Shown here: positions 11,202 through 26,154 of the stretch, in pieces
How positions within the stretch are numbered: position 1 is the first letter of the stretch
Layout of the letters: each line of letters starts with the position of its first letter
Origin: Octopus vulgaris
Taxonomy: Eukaryota
Assembly (NCBI GenBank): GCA_951406725.2
Contig: OX597821.1
Coordinates: 86,304,001-86,368,000, forward strand
Length of the DNA stretch: 64,000 nt
Direction: 5' to 3'
Made by a program: the position numbers and the translations under genes
The notes under the pieces: model-generated
What the model saw: only the letters and a program-made list of their open reading frames with translations
Database searches by the model: none
What the model was told of the DNA's origin: nothing

Positions 11202-11755
11202 GAGTGAGCGAGCAGAGCATGCCATCAAAGTGACACTGGGGTAAAATATACGAAGCCCAGTATACCCATCATGACTACCCGTCTGATAAGGGTACACCAG
11301 GCACATGCATCACAACCATATGTGCGCGACATGGTGATCTCATATCAAGATAAACAGCACATGACCTTGCAGGTGGAGCCCAGTTAGAATTTTCTTCAGA
11401 TCGAGTAACCCATCCCACTCAAAAGGTCCCTGAATAAGGGTTGTTTAAGGACGTTGAACGAAACACCCATGTTTCCAGAGGTGAATTATTCAAACCCCAA
11501 AGAATCCTTCTCAACACATGGCTATGATGCTCTCCCACTACTTCTGCTCGTGATCATAGATGCACATATCGTCAGCCACTAAGGGACATGCTCAACTGGT
11601 TACGGTCAAACAACCGACAAGCAAATCTGTGGTATTGAGCAGAATATTTGCTGTAGCCCATCTTTTATACCAAGACAAAACAATGTACATGATAACACTT
11701 CCAATCAGTTAAGATCAGAAGCCATGAGAGCCACTGCCTGGTACTGCATCAGGGC

Positions 11756-11760
<5 letters not shown>
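11202..11760 (-). mobile_element. ~550-bp non-coding (TAA)n-inserted element, copy 1
   Basis: Colinear and highly similar to 15312-15860; both copies flanked by (TAA)n; no long ORF. Strand inferred from neighbours. Confidence 0.75.
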
Positions 11761-11822
<62 letters not shown>

Positions 11823-11825
<3 letters not shown>

Positions 11826-14800
11826 TAGTCTTATTTTTATAGCGTGCTTTCACTTCACTACCGAGCACAGCTCTGTGTGCCTTGGGTATGTGCTGTGATT
11901 TGTTGTGATGCTCTGATGGTTATTGTATGGAAAGTGTTCTGCGTAGGATGTGTGCAGTGCCTAGTAGTGCAATTTTCTGTATGTTATATGTGTTTGTAAG
12001 TCCTGTTGTTTTTGTTATGTATTTGTCTGAATATTTTTTTATCATGCCTAATACACCTATTATGATAGGAATTGTTTCTGTTTTCAGATTCCACATTCTA
12101 GTTACCTCTATTTCCAGGTCTTTGTATTTTGAGAGGTTCTCCATTTCTTTTAGAGACACGTTGTCATCAGCCGGTATTGATACATCAATTAGAAAGCATT
12201 TTCTTTCTTCATGGTCTCTGACAACTATATCTGGTCTGTTGGCCTTAATTTCTCTATCTGTGTGTATCGGCACATCCCAGAGTATGGTTGCTTTCTCGTT
12301 TTCTGTGACCTTTTCTGGTGTGTGCCTATACCATCTTTTTTCTGTTGTTATTCCATAATGTTGGCATAGCTTCCAATGTATGTAGGTTCCAACTCTGTCA
12401 TGTCTGTGAATATATTCCTTCTTAGCCAGGACTGGGCAGCTAGAGATAATATGATTTATTGTTTCTTGTCCATCTCCACATATTCTGCAGTTACTTGTTA
12501 TATTTCTTTTCATTACATGTTTTTGGTAATTCCTAAGTATTTGTAAGTTTGGCTTTTGTCTAGTTCTTTTATTTCATTGGTTTTATCTAGTGTGATGTTG
12601 CTACTCTTAACTAGTTTTCCCCTTTTCAGGGTTACTTTGGCGCATTTTTCTAATCCAAATTTCATATCTACTTCTTTGGTAAATCCATGAACTGTCTTTA
12701 ATAGTATTTCCAGCTGTTTGTCATTTGCAGCGTATAGTTTTAGGTCATCCATATATAAAAGGTGGCTGATCGTTTTGCCGTAACATTTATATCCGCATCC
12801 AGTTCTAATTAGCATATCAGATAGAGGTGACAGTGCCAAGCAGAAAAGGAGTGGGTAGAGCGTGTCTCCCTGGAATATTCCTCTTCTAATGGGGATGAAT
12901 TTGGTTTTCATGAGTCCCTCTTTTGTTTGGAGGTGTAGCACTGTTTGCCATTTATTCATAGAGTGCCCTATGAATTTTATAATTGTTGGTGCTACTTTGT
13001 TAATGGCTAGTGTTTCGAGGATCCATGTGTGGGGGAAGCTATCAAACGCCTTTTTGTAGTCGATCCAGGCCATACTGAGGCCATTCTTCTTTCTGTGGCT
13101 GTCTTCAGTTATGGCTTTTTTAATCAGTAGTTGATCTTTACAGCCATATGAGCCTTTGCGGCATCCTTTCTGCTCTTCTGGAAACAGGCTGTTTTCGTCC
13201 AGGTGCTTGTTCAACCTTTGCGATATCACTGCAGTAAATGCCTTGTACATTGTAGGGAGACAGGTTATTGGTCTGTAGTTTTCTGGTTTTGCTGTCTCAT
13301 TTGATTTGGGAATTAAGATGGTTTTTCCCTTCGTGAGCCATTCAGGCATTGTCTCTGGCTCTATGCGTTCCTGTTAGATATTTCAACCAGAAGTTGGGGA
13401 TCTTGTCATGCCTAGGTACCTTCCAGTTGCTTAGTCTTTGCAGTGCCTGGGTGACCTTTTCAGTTGTTATGGGGGTCCAAAGTTGCTCAGATGCTGAGTT
13501 TGTTGTTTTGATACTCCTTGTTTTTGGTTGTTCGTTCGCCGACCATATTTCTCTCCAGAATTCTTCCACTTCTTCTGCCGTTGGTGCTGCAGTGATTTCT
13601 ATTTTATTTTTGCCCAGTTCTTGGTAGAAGTTTTTGGGGTTGGAGTTGAACTTTTTGTTTTATTCAAAGAAGCGCTGGCGTTTCTCGTACCGGCGGATCC
13701 TTTGTGCTTTGGCAAGGATATCTTGCTTCAGCTTTTTTATCTCAGGTAAATCTTCATCTCTGATGTTATATTTGCGGAGTATTTTTATTTTCTTTTTGTT
13801 GCTCAGTAGCGTTGATTGTCTGCTGATTTCATTAAGAATCGACAGATCTTTTCTCATTTTTTGTATTTTGTTTTGGATGTTATTTATCCACAGGGTTTGT
13901 TTGGGTGGTGGTACTCCTGTTTGGATGGGTTTGAGTGAGTATCCAGCTTCTTTTGTGGCTGCAGTGGCTGCTGCGTATACTAAGTCATTTAGCTCAGTGA
14001 TATCACTTTTTGTTTCAGTGGCTATTAGTTCCGTGACGGCTAGGTTTATGCAGTTTATAATTGGTGTTGTTTTGTCTATTTAGATTTTTGGGAGGTATGG
14101 TCGGTGGTCCATTTTGAGCTCTGTGGTTTTCAGTTCTTTGATTATTTTACTTTTTATATTATCATAATCATTAGGCTCCCCTTCGTTGTTTCCAGGTTTT
14201 AGATTTGTGTCGCTTTCTTTCTTATTTATATGTTTGTTTGCCGTGTTTTGGCTTGCTGTTTGTCGTGTATTATTATGCATCCTTACGATCTGGGTTTGTT
14301 GTTTTTTGTTTACATCGTGTTTCTTGGGAATGTTACGTTTATCTTCGTGTTTTACTGTTTCAGTGTTTATATTATTGGGCATTGTTGTGTGGCTTCTATC
14401 TACATTTCTCTGGTGTATTTTTTCTTTTAGATGTTCTATTTCTATTTCTGATATTTTTTTTGTGTGCGTTAGCTAATTTATTAGGGTTCATTGATGTAGC
14501 CAAGTCTATATTTATAATATTTTCCTTCCATATTTTATATGTATGTGTTGTTGTGTTTTCATTTTTTGGGTAGAACACTGCTGTGAAGTATGCGTGTAAG
14601 ATAGAAATGTATTCCTCACGTGTCCATTTATGTCTTTTGGGTTTTAATTGCGGGACATGAGGAACAACGTCCGGCCCACTATTTTGACGGTCTTCATTTT
14701 CGTAGGGTACCGGTCCGTTCATTTCTGTTGTCACATTGTTTTGCCCGTGTAGTTTTTCGTACATTTTGTGTTGTAAGTTTAAAGTACGTACCTCCCGATT

Positions 14801-15142
14801 GTTATTCTTGGGTTGAATAATATCGGTGGTATTTAATTTCTTCTTAGTTCCTTTGTACATGGTGTTTGGGGTCGGGGGATGATCTAGTGTTGATGGATCG
14901 TAATAATCCACGCATGTTTACATGTGTTGTGTTAGAGGTGGAGATGATATCGAGCCAAAATACATCATTTCGTTTCGAAAATAGTAATAAATTTCAATGA
15001 GTATTACTTACTCGGATACAGTCCAATCCTTTGTTAGTAAATCTTTGGCTCCATACGATGTCCTTGTTTTCGATGTTTGTGGATAGATTTCGGAGCTCTG
15101 TTTTATCGTTCTTACATCTTAAACGTCCCCCGGTGTATCTTC
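11823..15142 (-). mobile_element. Degenerate near-full-length R4/Dong-like element, family B (frameshifts, internal deletion near 12513)
   Basis: Fragments with KWTREEY, PENYRPITCLPT, GIFQGD, LYMDD, CRICG..ETINHIISSC, RHD, RPD..ID; the post-RT region seen in family A is missing between YKYLGI and the zinc knuckle. Confidence 0.9.
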
Positions 15143-15155
15143 TCTTCTTCTTCTT

Positions 15156-15301
<146 letters not shown>

Positions 15302-15311
15302 CATCATTATT

Positions 15312-15860
15312 GAGTGAGGGAGCAGTGCCTGCCATCAAAGTGACACTGGGGTAAAATATACGAAGCCCAGTATACCCATCATGACTACCCGTCTGATAAG
15401 GGTACACCAGGCAGATGCATCACAAACACATGTGCGCGACATGGTGATCTCATATAAAGATAAACAGCGCATGACCGTCCAGGTGGGGCCCAGTTAGAAT
15501 TTTCTTCTGATCGAGTAACCCATCCCACACAAAAGGTCCCCGAACAAGGGTTGTTTAAGGATGTTGAACGAAACACCCATGTTTCCAGAGGTGAATTATT
15601 CAAACCCCAAAGAATTCCTCTCAAGACACAGCTATGATGCTCCCCCACTACTTCTGCTCGTGATCATAGATGCACATATCGCCAGCCACTAAGGGACATG
15701 CTCAAATGGTTAAGGTCAAACGACTGACAAGCAAATCTGTGGTATTGATAAGAATATTTGTTGTAGCCCATCTTTTATACCAAGGCAAAACAATGTACAT
15801 GATAACACTTCCAATCAGTTAAGATCAGAAATCATGAGAGCCATTACCTGGTACTGCATC
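15312..15860 (-). mobile_element. ~550-bp non-coding (TAA)n-inserted element, copy 2
   Basis: See copy 1. Confidence 0.75.
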
Positions 15861-15873
15861 ATCATCATTATTA

Positions 15874-15937
<64 letters not shown>

Positions 15938-18900
15938 TTTTTTTTTCTTCTTTCAAATTTGCTTCCATTTCTTGCCGAGTGTCTTCCCGACTCCTAGGGC
16001 AAAGAAACTCATAGTATACATTGGTAGGCCATTAAACCAAACTCAGTAGTTCGTTCATTTTTTTTTTTAAAGTTAAATTAAAATACATGAGTAGCAACAG
16101 TTCTCACATCGACAATGCTCTTCTCAATACGTGTGATGTACCAGTTAAGACAATCTTTTGCACTTCTTGCAGGGATGGTAAACCAGGGATCATTCTCATA
16201 TAATTTTCGATTCCCTTCTTGATCATTCCTAGTGCTCCTACAATCACTGGTATGGTAACCGCCTTGAGATGCCACATTTTCTCAATTTCAATGAGTAGGT
16301 CTTTATATTTTCTGAGCTTGTCAAACTCTTTCGCTGAGATATTATGATCACAGGGGATGCTCATGTCGATCAATAAGCAAACTTTATTGTTTTGGTCTTT
16401 CACAACAATATCTGGTTTATTGGCTTTGATGGTTCGGTCTGTATGTACTGGAAAGTCCCACAGAATGGTTACATTTTCTCCTTCAGTTACAGCCTCAGGG
16501 TGGTGATTATACCACTTGTCGGCAGTTTTGATATTGTAATGCCGACTTATTAGCCAGTGGAGATATTGGCCAACTCTGTCATGTCTTAATTTATACTCCA
16601 CTGGTGCTAAGACTTTACATCCAGAGATTAGGTGGTCCACTGTTTCAATCATGTCATTGCAGAATCGGCATTTTGGGTCTGCTCCATTTTTCATCACATT
16701 GGCCTGGTAGTTCCGGGTTAATAGGCTTTGATCTTGAGCAGCCAGGATGAAACCTTCGCTCTCTGCTTTTAGCCCTGAGCTCCGTAGCCACTGATGGGTT
16801 TGCTTCTGGTCAACATCAGCTTGTTTGCTGCGGGTCACATATTTGCCGTGCAGAGGTTTCTCCTCCCACCTATCAGCCAATTGCTCGTGCGCTTTTTTCA
16901 TTGCCATCATTTTCACCTTCGTTGCAACAATAGTTGCCGTATTTCCCTCGGGTTGTTCAGTTTGGGTATCCTGCACGAGATCAATAGCAAATTTTTTGCT
17001 TTCCTTTATGATAGAATGAAGCTTCTTTCGTCTCTCGTGGTTTTCCACGAGCTTTAGCATCCAGTCATTCGATATTTCGAGATATTTGGCCAGTCCAATT
17101 GTGGTTGTTTTGTAAGCTAGTTCAAATTGGATCAGGCCTCGACCTCCTTGGGCTCTGGGAAGGTAAAGGCGATCTACGTCTGCCTTTGGGTGGTGCATCC
17201 TATTACAACTCAGCAGCTTGCGTATTTTTCTCTCTATATTCTTTACTTCACTCATATTCCAGTTCAACACATTGTAGCTATAAGTAACAACTGGAACTGC
17301 TAAGGAATTTATAGCTAACACCTTGTTACGTGCATTTAGTTCAGATTTCAGGACTGCACGAACTCTCCTATAACATTCCTTCCTGATTTTCTCTTTCATG
17401 CTTGCATGCTGAATACCAGAGCCTTCATTTATCCCTAAATATTTGTATGTTTGTTCTTGCTCAAGCTCTCTTATGACTGTGTCAACATCTAACACGACTG
17501 AATTTGTGGTCTTCACTTTCCCTTTCTGGAAAGTGGCCTTGGCACACTTCTCAAGTCCAAACTCCATCCCGATGTCATCGCTGAATGCTTTCACGGTGCG
17601 CAATAGGCCTTCAAGTTCATTATTGTCTTTACCATAAAGTTTTAAGTCATCCATATAAAATAGATGGCTTATTTTTTTATTGGCAATTTTATACCCATAC
17701 CCTGTTCTGTTTAATTCACTTGTAAGGGGTATTAGGGCTATGCAGAATATTAAAGGTGAAAGTGAGTCACCTTGAAAAATTCCGCAGTTGATGTTTATAT
17801 TTTCTGAGGCAAGTACTCCATTAGAGTGGTATAGTTGGAGATTCGTATTCCACAACGACATATTGTGCTTCAGGAAGCTTGAAATCACAGGGGAAATTTG
17901 AAGATGTCCAGCGATCTCAAGATCCATGGATGCGGTATACTGTCGAAGGCCTTTTTGTAGTCAATCCATGCGGTGCTGAGATTTCTGCGCTTGTTGTGAC
18001 AGTTCTCAAGGATCATACGATTGATTAGCAGTTGATCTTTGTATCCGTAAGAGCCTCGGCGGCACCCTTTTTGTTCAATGGGGAAAATATCGTTTTTCTC
18101 CATGAATGCATATGTTTTCTCCGCCAGGATAGATGTTAGGATTTTATACGTGGTGGATAGACAGGTTATAAGCCGATAGTTTTTTGGAAGGTTGGTTTCG
18201 TTATTCTTTGGGAGTAGGTAAGTAATGCCACTTGCTAACCATTCAGGTGTTTTCTTTGGGTCTCTCATAATTCCATTGAGCAGCTGAACTAGCTTACCGT
18301 GTGCGCATGGGAGCGATGCGAGCCAGAAATTCGGCACCCTATCTTTACCGGGGGATTTCCAATTATGGGCCTTCGTGAGTGCCTTTCTTAGGTCTGCTAT
18401 TGTGATGTCTTCCCATGCTTGTTGTTGTAAATTTTGGTAGGATCCTTCAGTTTGTATAATCCAGTCTGCATTTATGTTGTACGTCTTCTCGTCACTCCAA
18501 ATCCTTTTCCAAAAGTTTTGAACTTCTTCCATGGGAGGGGGGTCTTTAACGGTTACTTTCTCCTTCCCTATTTCTCTGTAGAATTTTTTGGCATTGGATG
18601 TGAACAGCTTATTTTGCTTGTAAAACTTGTTTCTCTTCTCAAATCTTCGTATTCTTTGGGCTTTTGCTTGGACTTTTTGTTTCAGCGTTTCTTTTATTGA
18701 TATCAGTTCTTCTCTTGGTGAGGATCCAAATTTTCTCTTCATCTTTCTTCCTGTTCTGGATCTTACATCATTTCCACATATTAGTTCATTTAATATTGAT
18801 ATTTCCTCTCTCATAAATTCAATCTCTTTTTCAATTTTACTTCTCCAGGTTTGATTTCTTCCCAGGTTTTGTTTTCTTTGTTTTTTCGGGGGCATACAGC

Positions 18901-19900
18901 TGGTTTCAATTGCCCTAGCAGAAGCGTAAATAATTTCATTTAACTCAGTAAAATCAGGTTTTAATTCTCGTATTATTTCATTTGTTACATAGTTGCCAAT
19001 TTGGATTTGTTTTTTATTTTGGTTTGTATTTGAGAGTTTATGAAGTGGTTCTCTATCATTCATACTTGTATGTCTTACAACTTCAAGCGTATTCAGGATT
19101 TTCTGCCTCATTTCTGCCATAGACTCTCTGTGTTCTTCAGCAAATGCGAGATCTTCAGTTACTGTTGTTTTTTCGTTTTCCTGGCTATCTTTAACAGGTA
19201 CAATAGAATTTCTTGTATCTTCAGGCCTTTGCGTACTTTGGTCAGATGGCAGTCTTTCAATTAAGCCTCGTGGCGGGCTATACTGTTCATCTGATTCTTC
19301 ATTTCCTTTGTGTCTTATATTTATGTCATTTTCCGTTGCGTGCTTGATCGCGCTTATTTCACTGTCTGTGAGTCTGTTATTTCTAAGGATATCCCTCCTC
19401 ACATTTGCTAATTTGTTCTCGTCCAAATAGGGCCTACTGTCTTGATTCCGTGTTCTCCATATACTGTAAGAGTTTGCGGTGTGTCTCTCTTGAGATGGCC
19501 TACCTAATGCATAGTAATAAGCGTATATTACTTCTTTATACTCTTCTCGGGTCCATTTGTTTCGCTTACATTTTTCTTTCTGTGGTGGTTGTGGTGGTGA
19601 ACTTGGAGGGCTCGAGTTGGGGGATTTCCCGTTCAAGTGACCATCCATGTCCGTATTCGGAGAAGAGTTTGTGCCAGTTGATGACTTTTCGATCCCAGGC
19701 TGGCTCTTCCCCGAGGGACGCGCTTCCAGATTAACCATAGGACAAGCGATTTGGTATACTGATTTAGTTTTCCTTTTAGTTTCCAAAAACATTTTGGTGC
19801 TACGATAATGTTATCATTTTTTAGCTTTGATTGGCTCGTGGGGAGACGGCCATCATTGTCGTTACAATTATAATCGTACCATTATAGCAGCCGTAGTCGG
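15938..19900 (-). mobile_element. Full-length family A R4/Dong-like element, single ORF split by a 1-nt deletion near 17895
   Basis: ORFs 17885-19792 and 16104-17927 join into one RT-zinc knuckle-RLE protein by comparison with 40491-43616; complete 3' UTR and TAA tail. 5' boundary uncertain. Confidence 0.93.
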
Positions 19901-20371
19901 CTTATTATTGTTATTATCATCACCATTACCATCACTATCATCATTATCACCACCATTACCATCATCGTTATCATCATCACCATCACCATCACCACCATCA
20001 TCATCAATGATATTGTTTTATGTGTAGTCACAGCAGTATCTTATTATTGTTTTTTTTGGTTTTTTTATCATTATCACCATCACAGTAGTGTCTGTCTGTC
20101 TCGTTGGCTGGCTTGGTGGTTGGCTGGCTGACTGTCTTCAACACCAGAGTTCTTGCCTGTCAAATAATACTTTCTTTGTGTTGGTTGAACTCTTTGAGTG
20201 TGTGTGTGTGTGTAGATAGATAGATAGATTATCAGCACTATTACTATCATTATTATCATCATCACCATCATCACCATCACCATCAGTGATATTTTTTTCT
20301 TTTTTAGGTGGGGTCCTATCGGTCAAAAAAAGTTCAGATGTTTACTACTATTAGGCTTAAGAAAAATTAAG

Positions 20372-21412
20372 GAAGGGCTGTTCTGTATTGTTTGTGAATA
20401 GAGTAGTTGTGTTCGACCAGAGAGAATCTTAGCATCATCATTTTTTTTTCCATGTGCGTTTGTGTTATTGCAATAAAACGTGTTTGTATATTTCCTGTAA
20501 GGTAATATTGTGGAGGTTGAAGTTGACTTTTCTAGAGACGTTTGTATGTCCAGTTAGAAGAACAGGTGTGTTTTTACAATAAAAAGTATATGTTTACATT
20601 TATATTTGAATATTCAGGGAGGAAGCAAAGAAAAGTCAGATTTTCATAGAAAGTTTTAGGGTTTTGTAAGTCCACAAAAAGAAAAGCGTGATGTTTTTAG
20701 AGAGAAGAAAAAAAAGAAAAAAGGATGTTTACAGAGGCAATTGTGGGTATCAAAGTTTTTAAAGCTGGTCGAATGTATGATTGAAAACTGTAGATATGTA
20801 AATTTGTAAATTTTCTTAACTTATTTTGAAGGGCTGTTCTGTATTATTTGTGAATAGAGAAGCTGTGTTCGACCAGAGAGAATCTTAGCATCATTATTTT
20901 TTCCATGTGCGTTTGTGTTATTGCAATAAAAAGTGTTTGTATATTTCGTGCTTATTTTGAAGGGCTGTTCTGTATTATTTGTGAATAGAGAAGCCGTGTT
21001 CGACCAGAGAGAATCTTAGCATCATTATGTTTTCCATGTGCGTTTGTGTTATTGCAATAAAAAGTGTCTGTATATTTCGTGCAAGGTAATATTGTGGAGG
21101 TTGAAGTTGACCCCTCTAGAGATGTTTGTATGTCCAGTTAGGAGAACAGGTGTGTTTTTGCAATAAAGAGTATATGTTTACATTTATATTTGAATATTCT
21201 GGGAGGAAGCAAAGAAAAAGTCAGATTTTCATAGAAAGTTTTAGGGTTTTGCAAGTCTACAAAAAGAAAAGCGTGATGTTTTTAGAGAGAAGAAAAAAAA
21301 GAAAAAAAGGATGTTTACAGAGGCAGTTGTGGGTATTAAAGTTTTTAAAGCCGATCGGATGTATGTTTGAAAGCTGCAGATATGTAAATTTGTAAATTTC
21401 TTAACCCACTTT
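20372..21412. repeat. ~590-bp tandem duplication with nested ~105-bp duplication (mirror copy 38878-39910)
   Basis: gaagggctgttctgtatt recurs at 20371, 20828 and 20959; the block through gtaaatttgtaaatt recurs at ~20800 and ~21385. Confidence 0.85.
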
Positions 21413-21598
21413 GAAGAGAATTTCAAATACTCACGAGGTATTGTAGATGTTCCAGTCTTTGAGAGTTATTTTTCCCCGTTGCTAAACTGGCCCATATTAG
21501 TGTTTCTATGGCTTTCAGCCACCGAACTGTCAGAGCAGTGAGGAACACGTCCAGCCGCTGTCAAGGCTGGCGCTCTTCTTCTTCTTCTTCTTCTTCTT

Positions 21599-22266
<668 letters not shown>

Positions 22267-22267
22267 C

Positions 22268-22790
22268 ATATAAACTCAAAGGATTAGGCCGATGAAAAAT
22301 AAATGAATCCTAGCAAGTAGACTTAGATGTCAAGAACCCTCCTATCGGGTTACAGCAAGTAACCTTAGATATTAAGGTCCCTCCTAAGTATCCTAGCTGT
22401 CCCTAATACCACTATTTTCTGCGGCTGTACTAAACTGGGTTTTATGCCTATTTCTTCTACCCGTATCTTCATATCTTTAGGGATACTTCCCAATGCGCCT
22501 CTAGCTACTGGAATGCATTTTACCCGAACTTTCCATAGTCTCTGTAAATCGATAACTAGGTCATGGAATTTTGCTATTTTTTCTATACTTCTCATATTAA
22601 TTTTTTCATCATTTGGGACTGTAAAATCCAGCAACCTCTTGTACTTCTTACTTTCTTGTACTTTACTTGGTTCATGTTCATACCATTTTTCAGTATAGCT
22701 TTCTTCAAAGCTCCCAGTGGATTGGTCTCCATAGACTGCCATGTTTTTTCTTGTATTATTTCTTATATTTTACTGGGAACATTTATTTTA
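22268..22790 (-). mobile_element. 3' fragment of a third RLE LINE family (C)
   Basis: KWYEHEP.KV......LLDFTV...EKIAKFHDL..DLQRLWK....IPVARGALG...LGTARILRR. Confidence 0.75.
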
Positions 22791-22794
22791 CTGG

Positions 22795-24060
22795 GTCTTC
22801 GCGTTTATACAATGTAATACCAAAAAAGTGAAACAATTTAAACTCCCAATAAAGGAGGCGCTTTAAGGTCCTCGTGGAAAAACCTACAAATGCCTCGGGT
22901 GCCTGAACAACAGGGTAAGAACAATTCTCCTTTGTTTTACAGGTGCACACGCTCAGAATTGGTCCTTTCACACTGGCCATTCTTCCAGCATTCACCCACC
23001 CTTGAACAAGCTTGCTCCAAAGCAACACTTCCCTCACCACCCTCAAATTCTTTTTCAAGTGAAACTTGTAAAAGTTGATAAGGGCTTGGCCAGAGAGGAA
23101 AGTGCCTGTCTTTAGCCCTTTCAAAAGGGTCCACCATACTACCTCTTTCGCTATAGCCACTAGATATTTAAAAATTGCCTGCAACTCCTGGCGAAAGGAG
23201 GGCGACAGGGAACCTTCATAATGGATTCAGCAGATAGCCGGATTCGTGCCACACGAGATGCCACAACCTCAGCGCATTCCATAATGATTTCTTTTCATCC
23301 ACAACTTTTCTTGCGGCTCTTTCCATGACATCAGGAGGGTATCTCCCCTTGTAATCTTCGTTTTGTAATTTCTAGGCATGGCATGTTAAACTGAAATAGA
23401 AGAGGTAGGTTTTTGCATGCCTGGGGTAAGTTGATACACTGTAACAATTATCCCCGACCATGAATTTCTGGGGATTACCTCGTACACAGCACTTGCAATG
23501 TATGGCATCCAGGGAATACAACTTCATGAATCGAAGGCAACTTCCAGCACTTCCTAATGAGCCACAAACTACTTCCGTAACACCACTTGTGCGTTAGAAG
23601 TTAAAGAAACAACTTTGCAACAAAATTTCACTTTTGGAGTAAAAAATCGTTTTTGAGACATACATTTCCTGGTGACAGCTCGCCAGTGCAATACACATGT
23701 GCAGTCATGATGCTATGGAGTTGGCCTTCACGAAGTAGAGACCCGAGTTGCACCTATTTCTTGAAGTTGGAAACAATGGGCTTGTAACGGCTTATCCGTG
23801 TAAAAGATAGACACTGTTTCCCCTATTGCATTGAATAAATCAAAATGCGCTTACAGCAGGGATAACTCTTCTACAGAGTGAAGACATTAGTAAATCTCTT
23901 GCTATTTTTATTAATCTTCAGTCGTCTGCACAAAAACCGTCGAAGTTTTGTCTATTACGAGCGCGATGAAAATACGTCAGATATTCTTAATTTTATTCTC
24001 AGCCATTCCCCATGTTTTCTGCCAGTGGCCTAGTAGGTATACAAAGTCAATAGACATTTT
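22795..24060 (-). repeat. Right arm of long inverted repeat
   Basis: Reverse complement of 6297-8175; has ~180 bp (23585-23765) absent from the left arm. Confidence 0.85.
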
Positions 24061-24998
24061 TTAACTCCAGGAGGAGTTTCCTCTAGCTGGTAATCGATGT
24101 AATCTGCACCCAATATATTCTGCAAGCAGGGAAGCGAACTCATACCAATAGCAACAGTGACGGACCATCCTCATTTGTAGTCACTCGTCCGCTAGAGATA
24201 GCAGTAGTCTGCTTCAGCCCGCACTATACCGTTAAAAAAGGTAGTAATATCAGTTCCTATGGAACAACCATATTGAAGTGGCAATAAACATTACGTCTCA
24301 GTATAGTTACTGGTTACTACTTATTTTTCTATATATTTCTGAGCTGGAGCAGATTACTGCTATCTTTAGCGGATGGGTGTCCACCATTGAGGATGAGTAG
24401 AAATAGCTAGAAAGTGTTCGCTCTGGTAATCCGGTCTTTGTCGCCAGATGATGGTAAGGGTTCGCTCCCCTACTTGCAATATATATCGGGTGCAGATTGC
24501 ATCGATAACCTGCTGGAGGAGGCTCCCCTGGGGTTAAAACGATAGTAATATCTATATTGAAGTGACGCTGAGTATTACTTCTCAGTATAGCTACTACTTT
24601 CATCTCTTGTAGAAATTTTTTTACTTTTTTAATTTGCTTAATGCCGACATTGTTATCTGTATACGTTAGCATACTGTTTCAGATGAAAGAACAAATAAGA
24701 AAGTATTCGGAACTAATGATAAATATGCAGGTACTATCTGTAACACTAGATTATATTAGAGACTTTGATTATATAATTAGTTGTGTTAGTGCCAATGTCG
24801 AAAAACTGGATTTCGCAAAAATTAGGAAGGATACCACTAATTAGAAATTCTAATGATAATTCTAGGGAATGGCGAGCACATTAATATTACAGTGAGATGT
24901 TTAATGTAAAGAAGGGTGAGAAAGATAAATGAAGCATGAAATATACAACGATCATACGTCATAAATGAAGAAACTGTCAGAAATTTCCAGGATAGGAA

Positions 24999-25270
24999 TT
25001 GCATGACGGTTTGAGAAAGAAACTGTCAGCCGCGAATGCAGTGAAACGAATGCCTGTTCATACGGAGATCAGCCATGTCATTTGTAGTATTCTGATGATT
25101 AATGTTAGACAACATATCTCCCGGTTTAACAAGACCATGAGACATCTTGGTTACCTCTATCGAAATTCTTTCTGTTGCAAGCATTGGGTCCAGTTTTTCA
25201 GTTTCAGGATACCCCCCTCCTCCATTAACCGGTGTCGGAGTCCTTGTGAAGGGCCATGACCACTGCCTTG
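24999..25270 (+). pseudogene. Possible mariner transposase N-terminal remnant
   Basis: Weak resemblance (KKLSAANAVKRM..YGD..W..F) to the Mos1-type HTH; heavily decayed. Confidence 0.3.
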
Positions 25271-25905
25271 TTTCGTAAATAAAAGGATACAAAACAATTC
25301 ATTAAGTTGATTTAAGTGTCTGAGACAGTAGGGAGTAGAATGAGCTAAGTCTGTGGAGTGTAGCGTATAATTCTGAATATCATAAATATCATATGTGAGC
25401 GTTCTCTTTGCAAAATACCAATAGACTACGGGCTTCTGTAAATTATACAGTGTGTTAAATAGCATGTCCATCAGCTGAGATTATCCAAGTACTTGATGAA
25501 CAAAAACCCTTTATAAGTAACTAAGAACTAAAAGCAGAAGACAACTCCTAGAAGATTTAATGTCAATGTCCTTATCATACAGAACGCTTTTCTCTGATAA
25601 TTCAATAGCATTTGTGTTTTACGTGAGTTACTGAATTTGTAAGCGTATCTTGCAGTTCTAAAGTTATTGTGTGAATATGAAATAGCAAAAATATATGCCA
25701 GCGGTGTCTTTCATGCGTGTAATTTTATATTATGCACCTTCGTGAGAATCATGTGATTATGTAAATTTCTTAACTAATCATGTGATAACGAAAATGACCT
25801 AGGAAAATATGTAATTCATTTCTCTTATAGGCATTGAATAAAAGTAGAGGTTGCCAATCTACTGAAAATTTCCTTTGACACACTCAGAAGCCAACACTGA
25901 TAACA

Positions 25906-26154
25906 ATGTATTTTCTGGCATTCGTGCTCTCTTGCTTTGGTTCCAGTGTTTTGGCGAATGATTATTTTCATTCTCTTTATCTGGACCGCAACAAAACTTA
26001 TCACCTTTCATGGAAATTCAATAAATCTCACATTGAATTCCATACTGAAGTTAAAACACTCGGTTATGTGATGCTAGGCTTGTCAACGGACGGTAACTTG
26101 GAAAACGCCGATGTCTTCTTTGCGGGAGTTTCTAACGGACAACCTTATTCATCG
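25906..26154 (+). CDS. MOXD1: DBH-like monooxygenase, coding exon 1 (signal peptide plus start of DOMON domain)
   Basis: MYFLAFVLSCFGSSVLA signal; YHLSWKFN..HIEF..EVKTLGYVMLGLSTDGNLENADVF DOMON motif; donor g|gtaagt; 249 nt, phase 0. Confidence 0.9.

Noticed and set aside
24682-24730. AG/GT-bounded mini-exon candidate upstream of the MOXD1-like ATG
   Set aside because: No homology support; such signals are common by chance in AT-rich DNA.
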